The notes under the pieces were generated by a model. The model did not search any database. It was given only the letters and a program-made list of their open reading frames with translations, and was not told the DNA's origin. From Eledone cirrhosa (lineage: Eukaryota): a DNA stretch of 64,000 bases. The stretch is from positions 61,008,001-61,072,000 of the forward strand of contig OZ024745.1 in the NCBI GenBank assembly GCA_964016885.1, written 5' to 3'. Each line of letters opens with the position of its first letter. Position 1 is the stretch's first letter. The translations under genes and the position numbers were made by a program. Of the stretch, positions 54,175-64,000 are shown one piece after another.

Positions 54175-54660
54175 TATAGTGGATTGGCAGTATTAGTAGA
54201 ACATCGGCCAATATGCTTTGTGGCATACAGTTATGGCCTTTTACGTTCTGAGTTCAAATCCTGCTGAGGTTAGCTTTGCCTTTCATCCTTAGGGGGGTCA
54301 ATAAAATAAAGTACCAGTAACATACTGGGGTCAATTTAATTGACTTTCCTCTCCCCTAAAATTGTTGACCCTGTGCCTAAATTAGAAATCATTATTATTG
54401 TTAAGGGCGGTGGATTGGCAGTATCGGTAGAGGGTCGGACGCCATGCTTTCCAGCATAGTTACGTCCCTTTACGATCTGAGTTCAAATCCTGCCGAGGTT
54501 GACTTTGCCTTTCATCCTTACGGGGTCGATAAAATAAAGTACCAGTAATGCACTGGGTAATTGCTGGCCTTGTGCCTAAAGTAGAAACAATTATTATTGT
54601 TAATATAGGAATTGGCAGGGCACTGGGCAATACACAAAAGTAGAAACCATTATTATTGTT
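54175..54660 (+). mobile_element. Tandem family 1 SINEs: an old copy plus a young copy inserted in its (ATT)n tail
   Basis: The young copy (54405-54600) is flanked by the duplicated ATTATTATTGTTAA. Confidence 0.85.
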
Positions 54661-55652
54661 GGTATTTTATATCCATGTTTAACACTTTATAAAATGTCCA
54701 TATTTGTTGAACCATGTCTATTTTATATGAGATACTGTACATACTTGTATTTAAGTCACAGCAGTAGATAAGACATACCTCTTCCGTGTTTATAATCTTT
54801 GATCGAGACAAAAATCATATGTTGCCTTTTGTAAATAATGTTTGCAACTTTGCTTGCAGTTGTCTCTTAAAATAATAATAATTAAAAAAGAAGCTATTTA
54901 TCTAGAATACGTAATCACTAACATTGCCAGTGCAGTTTAGCAAAAAAAACCTGGAAATATAGGTAACATAAAATGTATTCTTATGCATGAAATGAAATTA
55001 ACTGCTTGCTTTTAACCCTTTAGTATCTAAACCAGCTGCCGTATCCGGCCAGAATTCTCTCACCTCTTTCTGTTCAAACCGGCTGTAACCAGCCACTCAT
55101 ACTCATGTTAAGGTGTTGTTCTCAAAATAAATAATATCAAAATCTCATAGATAATTACTGTGAAAATATAATAGTATATATAGAATAACGTAAATGCTAA
55201 AGGGTTAAATTGCTATTACTAAATGGCTGATAATATATGTAGCATTAGGATTACAGCAGACCATAAATTAAAAATAAAACCTACACATATATATTACATA
55301 CATCTGGATATTACTTTTGTTTAAGACATCATCAATATATATTTGATTACAAAGCCAATATTCAAAATTGAGTGAATATTTACATAACCAACCCACAGGA
55401 CATACTCAATTATTTGCCTCCGTCTCTGTGTGTTAGTAAATGTTGCCGATTTCAAGCTTAGGGAAAGGTTTTTAGTAAAAAAAAGACTGTGACTTATCTA
55501 AGAAAGAGTATATACAAAAAATGTATTTTCAGTTTCCTCACCACTGCTGCTCTTGACATTGTTTTCATCATGATTTGCTAAAGAAGAATCTATTTGTTTT
55601 CTAAGAACAAGATTTCACTCTTTACTCTGTTCCTTTTTGTTTTTATTTGCAG

Positions 55653-55743
55653 GGTGGTACAAAGGTTATAAAATTAAACACAAACATGAGAGGGGGATAT
55701 TCCCAAAGGCATACGTTTTCATCAAAGAAGCCACGGTTTCAGG
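55653..55743 (+). CDS. DOCK3/4: Internal coding exon (91 nt, phase 1/2) of the same DOCK gene, C-terminal half of the SH3 domain
   Basis: ttttatttgcag| acceptor and GG|gtaagt donor. Translates (G)WYKGYKIKHKHERGIFPKAYVFIKEATVS(G), with the SH3 GWYxG...GIFPxxYV motif and a DOCK-like KEAxV tail. The preceding intron (39049-55652) is 16.6 kb. Confidence 0.9.
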
Positions 55744-57294
55744 GTAAGTGTTATCAAACTAAATTTATGCTGTAACCCAGAGGTGGGGAACCTTTTCATG
55801 TTAAAAGGGTGCATTAAGTTACTTGTTATATTATAAGACAACATTCAGGAAACCATAATTATATATTCTTAAAATCTACATTATTTTCTAAAAAATCTAA
55901 TTACTATGTACTAATTATCTAAAAAACAAAAAAAACAACTTTTTTTTTAAAAAGTTAACTACCTTTTAATGACTCTGTTGTGCATGCTTGTTTCTTCAGT
56001 AAGTAATACACTTTTCAACACTATGCTATAACAAACATGATTGGGCATGTGTTGGAAAATACATGCGTACACACACACACACAGAGTAATATACTATTTA
56101 CTGGTTTCAGTTGTTAGAGTGTGGCCATGCTGAGGCACCACCTCGAAGTAATATATGTAATAAAATCATACCATTAATATTATATAACAAAAATGAAACT
56201 ACAGAATAAAAAGAATCCTTAACTTTTAACATCCTATAATGATTTAGCTGTATGTATGGCCTTGGAATTCCTGATGGAGTTGTAGGGGCACCGTAGTGAC
56301 ATACAGCATGCCTTTGGCATTAAAAAAAAAAAAACGGTAGAGCTCACCCCCTTACTGGGTTTGGATCCCAACTGATTTCTTCTAGAGAAAGAGAGATAGA
56401 GTGATAGAGAGAAAGATATATAGAGGAAGAATGGATCACTGTATTAGACTGGTACTTTTTTTATTGACCTCAAAAGGATGAAAGATTAAGTTGACCTCAG
56501 TGGGTATTGAATTCAGAGCACAGAGCCAGACTGAAAACTATCCAATGTTTTAATGACTCTGCCAAATTGCCATAAGGCTAATAGTGAGCGTAAGAAGTAA
56601 TTGAACAATATCTAAAATAGGCTTGTTAATTCAAATGTTTTTAGTATCTTTAGTGGTGGACAGTTTGTTGTGAAGATTTGCAATATTAGAGTTAAACACT
56701 TTAACCCTTTATTTACCAACCTGACTTGGTTCTATGAAATAAAGTCACCCATTTTAAAGGTTCCAATTTAAATTAAAATCTTCCAATATAATTTTATATA
56801 AGAACCTTACATTAAGTTACTATCTTAAAAATGAAATAATTAATATTTTTAGTAAATCCCTTAAAATTCTTCATTAATTAATTAAAATTGAGTATATTTC
56901 ATTAGAAATGCAGTCATGAAAGGATTAATGTGATGCAGTCATAGTTTTATTTTTTTACTGTTCAAGTATGTCTTACTAATGCAGTTTTATAAATAAAAGT
57001 CAACTGACACTTCAAGTTCTGCTTTTGTTTTACCATCTTTAACTATTGCCTCTGCAATGTATCAACATTTATCAACACACTCCTTAAAGCATATTAAACA
57101 AAAGTATGCTTTCATGTCATTAACTGTAGTAATTAGGTGCTGCTATAGAATAGTTTGACATTGTAAATAACTTATAGAGAAGTAGTTTTAGTTAGTTTGT
57201 ATTCCCCTTTGTATCCAGTCTATAATGTGGTAGAAAGTAAAACTTTGTTACTACTGGAGATATGACATTTTAGTTAAACTTTCAACGATTTAGT

Positions 57295-57732
57295 TTATCA
57301 CAACCATCACCATCACCATCATTATCATTACCATTACCACCACTACCACCACCACCACCACCATCATTATCATCATCATCATCACTATAATCACCATCAT
57401 CACTATAATCACTATCATCACAATAATCACCATCATTATCATTTGGCAGTATCGGTAGAGGGTCGGACGCCATGCTTTCCAGCATAGTTACGTCCCTTTA
57501 CGATCTGAGTTCAAATCCCGCCGAGGTTGACTTTGCCTTTCATCCTTACGGGGTCGATAAAATAAAGTACCAGTAATGCACTGGGTATTTGCTGGCCTTG
57601 TGCCTAAAGTAGAGACAATTATCATTATAATCATAATCATCACTACAAACACCATCAACATCCATCATCATAATCATCACTTCAATCACCATCAATATCA
57701 TCACCATCATTATCATTATTAGCATCATCATT
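57295..57732. repeat. Degenerate (ATC/ACC)n trinucleotide tract split by a young SINE (~57443-57625)
   Basis: CATCACCATCAT-type runs lie on either side of a near-consensus family 1 SINE. Confidence 0.85.
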
Positions 57733-57814
57733 CCTTTTTTTTAAATATCAATACAGGGAAAACTTCTTGGAAATTCTGAATTTCTACATTTAAAAATAAT
57801 TATGTGTATGTCTG

Positions 57815-57848
<34 letters not shown>

Positions 57849-58042
57849 GAAGTGGGGAAGGAAGAATAAGGTGATTTTCTTCTTGGAAATTCCTTCCACT
57901 CCTGGCTATATAACAGCTGTGTTAGAAAGATATATAATTTATCATATTTTTGCACAGATGTCATATCAGGAGAATTAGAAAAAAAAAGAAAAAAAAAAAA
58001 AAAGCTGTTTCCATACAAGAAACTGACATATTTGTAGGAAAA

Positions 58043-58170
58043 CCACTACTATCACCACTAACACCTCTACTACTATCACCACCAACAACACCACTACTAT
58101 CACCACCAACAACACCACTACTATCACCACCAACAACACCACTGACACCATTACCACCAGCAATACCACT
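58043..58170. repeat. 24-bp minisatellite, about 4-5 copies
   Basis: Unit CCACTACTATCACCACCAACAACA. Confidence 0.8.
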
Positions 58171-58332
58171 GTTTTCTTTTCTTCTTCTGCCTCAAATATT
58201 TGAAAGAAGAAAGTTAAAGACAGCTAGATAAATGAAAATATTGATTAATCTTTCTGTAGAATTTAGCAACTTACTGTTTTTGCCTGAGCATCTTCTTTAT
58301 TAAGCATCATCATCATCATAATGTCTGCACTT

Positions 58333-61300
58333 CTGTGGTTGTATGGCTAGGACAGTTCTCCTCAGATCACCTAGGTAACTGTGGTTGTATGGCTAGGACA
58401 GTTCTCCTCTGATCACCTAGGTAACTGTGGTTGTATGACTAGGACAGTTCTCCCCAGATCACCTAGGTAACGGTGGTTGTATTGCTAGGACAGTTCTCCT
58501 CAGATCACCTAGGTAACGGTGGTTGTATGGCTAGGACAGTTCTCCTCAGATCACCTAGGTAAATGTGGTGGTATGGCTAGGACAGTTCTCCTCTGATCAC
58601 CTAGTTACCTGTGGTTGTATGACTAGGACAGTTCTCCTCAGATCACCTAGGTAACTGTGGTCGTATGGCTAGGACAGTTCTCCTCAGATCACCTAGGTAA
58701 CTGTGGTTGTATGGCTAGGACAGTTCTCCTCTGATCACCTAGGTAACTGTGGTTGTATGGCTAGGACAGTTCTCCTCAGATCACCTAGGTAACTGTGGTT
58801 GTATGGCTAGGACAGTTCTCCTCAGATCACCTAGGTAACTGTGGTTGTATGGCTAGGACAGTTCTCCCCAGATCACCTAGGTAACTGTGGTTGTATGGCT
58901 AGGATAGTTCTCCTCTGATCACCTAGGTAACTGTGGTGGTATGGCTAGGACAGTTCTCCTCTGATCACCTAGGTAACTGTGGTTGTATGGCTAGGACAGT
59001 TCTCCTCAGATCACCTAGGTAACTGTGGTTGTATGGCTAGGATAGTTCTCCTCTGATCACCTAGGTAACTGTGGTGGTATGGCTATGACAGTTCTCCTCA
59101 GATCACCTAGGTAACTGTGGTTGTATGGCTAGGATAGTTCTCCTCTGATCACCTAGGTAACTGTGGTTGTATTGCTAGGACAGTTCTCAGATCACCTAGG
59201 TAACTGATTGTATAGCTAGGACAGTTCTCAGATCACCTAGGTAACTGATTGTATGGCTAGGACAGTTCTCCTCAGAGCACCTAGGTAACTGTGGTTGTAT
59301 TGCTAGGACAGTTCTCCCCAGATCACCTAGGTAACTGATTGTATGGCTAGGACAGTTCTCCCCTGATCACCTAGGTAACTGTGGTGGTATGGCTAGGACA
59401 GTTCTCCTCAGATCACCTAGGTAACTGTGGTTGTATGGCTAGGACAGTTCTCCTCTGATCAACTAGGTAACTGTGGTTGTATGACGAGGACAGTTCTCCC
59501 CAGATCACTTATGTAACGGTGGTGGTATGGCTAGGACAGTTCTCCTCTGATCACCTAGGTAACTGTGGTGGTATGGCTAGGACAGTTCTCCTCTGATCAC
59601 CTAGGTAACGGTGGTTGTATGGCTAGGACAGTTCTCCTCTGCTCACCTGTGTAACTGTGGTTGTATGACTAGGACAGTTCTCCTCTGATCACCTAGGTAA
59701 CTGTGGTTGTATGGCTAGGACAGTTCTCCTCAGATCACCTAGGTAACTGTGGTGGTATGGCTAGGACAGTTCTCCTCAGATCACCTAGGTAACTGTGGTT
59801 GTATGACTAGGACAGTTCTCCTCTGATCACCTAGGTAACTGTGGTTGTATGGCTAGGACAGTTCTCCTCTGATCACCTAGGTAACTGTGGTTGTATGGCT
59901 AGGACAGTTCTCCTCAGATCACCTAGGTAACTGTGGTTGTATGGCTAGGACAGTTCTCCTCAGATCACCTAGGTAACTGTGGTTGTATTGCTAGGACAGT
60001 TCTCCTCTGATCACCTAGGTAACTGTGGTTGTATGGCTAGGACAGTTCTCCTCAGATCACCTAGGTAACTGTGGTTGTATTGCTAGGACAGTTCTCCCCA
60101 GATCACCTAGGTAACTGATTGTATGGCTAGGACAGTTCTCCCCTGATCACCTAGGTAACTGTGGTTGTATGGCTAGGACAGTTCTCCTCTGATCACCTCG
60201 GTAACTGTGGTTGTATGACGAGGACAGTTCTCCTTGAGATCACTTATGTAACGGTGATCGTATGGCTAGGACAGTTCTCCTCTGATCACCTAGGTAACTG
60301 TGGTGGTATAGCTAGGACAGTTCTCCTCTGATCACCTAGGTAACGGTGGTTGTATGGCTAGGACAGTTCTCCTCTGATCACCTGTGTAACTGTGGTTGTA
60401 TGACTAGGACAGTTCTCCTCTGATCACCTAGGTAACTGTGGTTGTATGGCTAGGACAGTTCTCCTCAGATCACCTTGGTAACTGTGGTTGTATGAATAGG
60501 ACAGTTCACCTCTGATCACCTAGGTAACTGTGGTTGTATGGCTAGGACAGTTCTCCTCAGATCACCTAGGTAACTGGTGGTATGGCTAGGACAGTTCTCC
60601 TCAGATCACCTAGGTAACTGTGGTTGTATGACTAGGACAGTTCTCCTCTGATCACCTAGGTAACTGTGGTTGTATGGCTAGGACAGTTCTCGTCAGATCA
60701 CCTAGGTAACTGTGGTTGTATGACTAGGACAGTTCTCCTCTGATCACCTAGGTAACTGTGGTTGTATGGCTAGGACAGTTCTCCTCAGATCACCTAGGTA
60801 ACTGTGGTGGTATGGCTAGGACAGTTCTCCTCAGATCACCTAGGTAACTGTGGTTGTATGGCTAGGACAGTTCTCCTCAGATCACCTAGGTAACTGTGGT
60901 TGTATTGCTATGACAGTTCTCCTCTGATCACCTAGGTAACTGTGGTTGTATGGCTAGGACAGTTCTCCTCTGATCACCTAGGTAACTGTGGTTGTATGGC
61001 TAGGACAGTTCTCCTCAGATCACCTAGGTAACTGTGGTGGTATGGTTAGGACAGTTCTCCTCAGATCACCTAGGTAACTGTGGTGGTATGGCTAGGACAG
61101 TTCTCCTCAGATCACCTAGGTAACTGTGGTTGTATGGCTAGGACAGTACTCCTCAGATCACCTAGGTAACTGTGGTGGTATGGCTAGGACAGTTCTCCTC
61201 AGATCACCTAGGTAACTGTGGTTGTATGGCTAGGACAGTTCTCCTCAGATTATCTAGGTAACTGTGGTTGTATGGCTAGGACAGTTCTCCTCAGATCACC

Positions 61301-64000
61301 TAGGTAACTGTGGTTGTATGGCTAGGACAGTTCTCCTCAGATCACCTAGGTAACTGTGGTTGTATGGCTAGGACAGTTCTCCTCAGATCACCTAGGTAAC
61401 TGTGGTTGTATGACTAGGACAGTTCTCCTCAGATCACCTAGGTAACTGTGGTTGTATGGCTAGGACAGTTCTCCTCAGATCACCGAGGTAACTGTGGTTG
61501 TATGGCTAGGACAGTTCTCCTCTGACCACCTTGGTAACTGTGGTTGTATGGCTAGGACAGTTCTCCTCTGATCACCTAGGTAACTGTGGTTGTATGGCTA
61601 GGACAGTTCTCCTCAGATCACCTAGGTAACTGTGGTTGTATGGCTAGGACAGTCCTCCTCAGATCACCTAGGTAACTGTGGTTGTATGGCTAGGACAGTT
61701 CTCCTGTGATCACCTAGGTAACTGTGGTTGTATGGCTAGGACAGTTCTCCTCTGATCACCTAGGTAACTGTGGTTGTATGGCTAGGACAGTACTCCTCAG
61801 ATCACCTAGGTAACTGTGGTTGTATGGCTAGGACAGTTCTCCTCAGATCACCTAGGTAACTGTGGTTGCATTGCTAGGACAGTTCTCCTCTGATCACCTA
61901 GGTAACTGTGGTTGTATGGCTAGGACAGTTCTCCTCAGATCACCTAGGTAAATGTGGTGGTATGGCTAGGACAGTTCTCCTCAGATCACCTAGGTAACTG
62001 TGGTGGTATGGCTAGGACAGTTCTCCTCAGATCACCTAGGTAACTGTGATGGTATGGCTAGGACAGTTCTCCTCAGATCACCTAGGTAACTGTGGTTGTA
62101 TGGCTAGGACAGTTCTCCTCTGATCACCTAGGTAACTGTGGTTGTATGGCTAGGACAGTTCTTTTCAGATCATCTAGGTAACTGTGGTTGTATGGCTAGG
62201 ACAGTTCTCCTCAGATCATCTAGGTAACTGTGGTTGTATGGCTAGGACAGTTCTCCTCTGATCACCTAGGTAACTGTAGTTGTACTGCTAGGACAGTTCT
62301 CCTCAGATCACCTAGGTAACTGTGGTGGTATGGCGAGGACAGTTCTCCTCAGATCACCTAGGTAACTGTGGTGGTATGGCTAGGACAGTTCTCCTCAGAT
62401 CACCTAGGTAACTGTGGTTGTATTGCTAGGACAGTTCTCCCCAGATCACCTAGGTAACTGATTGTATGGCTAGGACAGTTCTCCCCTGATCACCTAGGTA
62501 ACTGTGGTTGTATGGCTAGGACAGTTCTCCTCAGATCACCTAGGTAACTGTGGTTGTATGGCTAGGACAGTTCTCCTCAGATCACCTAGGTAACTGTGGT
62601 TGTAATGCTAGGACAGTTCTCCTCTGATCACCTAGGTAACTGTCGTTGTATGACGAGGACAGTTATCCCCAGATCACTTATGTAACGGTGGTCGTATGGC
62701 TAGGACAGTTCTCCTCTGATCACCTAGGTAACTGTGGTGGTATGGCTAGGACAGTTCTCCTCTGATCACCTAGGTAACGGTGGTTGTATGGCTAGGACAG
62801 TTCTCCTCTGCTCACCTGTGTAACTGTGGTTGTATGACTAGGACAGTTCTCCTCTGATCACCTAGGTAACTGTGGTTGTATGGCTAGGACAGTTCTCCTC
62901 AGATCACCTTGGTAACTGTGGTTGTATTAATAGGACAGTTCACCTCTGATCACCTAGGTAACTGTGGTTGTATGGCTAGGACAGTTCTCCTCAGATCACC
63001 TAGGTAACTGTGGTGGTATGGCTAGGACAGTTCTCCTCAGATCACCTAGGTAACTGTGGTTGTATGACTAGGACAGTTCTCCTCTGATCACCTAGGTAAC
63101 TGTGGTTGTATGGCTAGGACAGTTCTCCTCAGATCACCTAGGTAACTGTGGTTGTATTGCTAGGACAGTTCTCCTCTGATCACCTAGGTAACTGTGGTTG
63201 TATGGCTAGGACAGTTCTCCCCAGATCACCTAGGTAACTGATTGTATGGCTAGGACAGTTCTCCCCTGATCACCTAGGTAACTGTGGTTGTATGGCTAGG
63301 ACAGTTCTCCTCAGATCACCTAGGTAACTGTGGTTGTATGGCTAGGACAGTTCTCCTCAGATCACCTAGGTAACTGTGGTTGTATGGCTAGGACAGTTCT
63401 CCTCTGATCACCTAGGTAACTGTGGTTGTATGATGAGGACAGTTCTCCCCAGATCACTTATGTAATGGTGGTCGTATGGCTAGGACAGTTCTCCTCTGAT
63501 CACCTAGGTAACTGTGGTGGTATGGCTAGGACAGTTCTCCTCTGATCACCTAGGTAACGGTGGTTGTATGGCTAGAACAGTTCTCCTCTGCTCACCTGTG
63601 TAACTGTGGTTGTATGACTAGGACAGTTCTCCTCTGATCACCTAGGTAACTGTGGTTGTATGGCTAGGACAGTTCTCCTCAGATCACCTTGGTAACTGTG
63701 GTTGTATGAATAGGACAGTTCACCTCTGATCACCTAGGTAACTGTGGTTGTATGGCTAGGACAGTTCTCCTCAGATCACCTAGGTAACTGGTTGTATGGC
63801 TAGGACAGTTCTCCTCAGATCACCTAGGTAACTGTGGTTGTATGACTAGGACAGTTCTCCTCTGATCACCTAGGTAACTGTGGTTGTATGGCTAGGACAG
63901 TTCTCCTCTGATCACCTAGGTAACTGTGGTTGTATGGCTAGGACAGTACTCCTCAGATCACCTGGGTAACTGTGGTTGTATGGCTAGGACAGTTCTCCTC
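58333..64000. repeat. 46-bp tandem satellite, about 123 copies in the window, running past the window end
   Basis: Unit CTGTGGTTGTATGGCTAGGACAGTTCTCCTC(A/T)GATCACCTAGGTAA. Highly homogeneous, with no unique spacers and variant patterns recurring at 780 bp. Confidence 0.98.

Noticed and set aside
57282-57731. Asp/Gly-rich ORF
   Set aside because: It is a trinucleotide tract plus SINE read-through, with no splice or homology support.
58333-64000. Possible CRISPR array or coding repeat
   Set aside because: The whole 46-bp unit repeats with no unique spacers, there are no cas genes, the context is eukaryotic, and the ORF track shows no ORF here.

Overview
AT-rich, repeat-saturated animal genomic DNA. 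The SINE and RTE repertoire and the (TA)n/(CA)n/(ATC)n load resemble octopus/coleoid cephalopod DNA; this is an inference. It is not prokaryotic: no operons, CRISPR arrays or rRNA. Almost all listed ORFs are microsatellite or transposon artefacts. The only host coding sequence I can support is two small + strand exons missing from the ORF track (38965-39048 and 55653-55743). They splice in frame into the N-terminal SH3 domain of a DOCK-family Rac GEF, most like DOCK3/4, so most of the window is probably giant intron. It contains tRNA-derived SINEs, RTE and Ingi/Vingi-like LINE relics, TTAA (piggyBac-type) and TA (Tc1/mariner-type) MITEs, a complete non-autonomous Helitron, a Buster/Charlie hAT element with both TIRs and TSD, and a 46-bp satellite of >5.6 kb. 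The most interesting signals are: hammerhead-ribozyme-like cores, one inside a terminally redundant ~340-bp unit (retrozyme/Penelope-like); a fold-back repeat family and many near-perfect hairpins; and a satellite that appears to have grown out of a retroposon 3' tail and carries a 780-bp higher-order repeat. All coordinates were read by eye.
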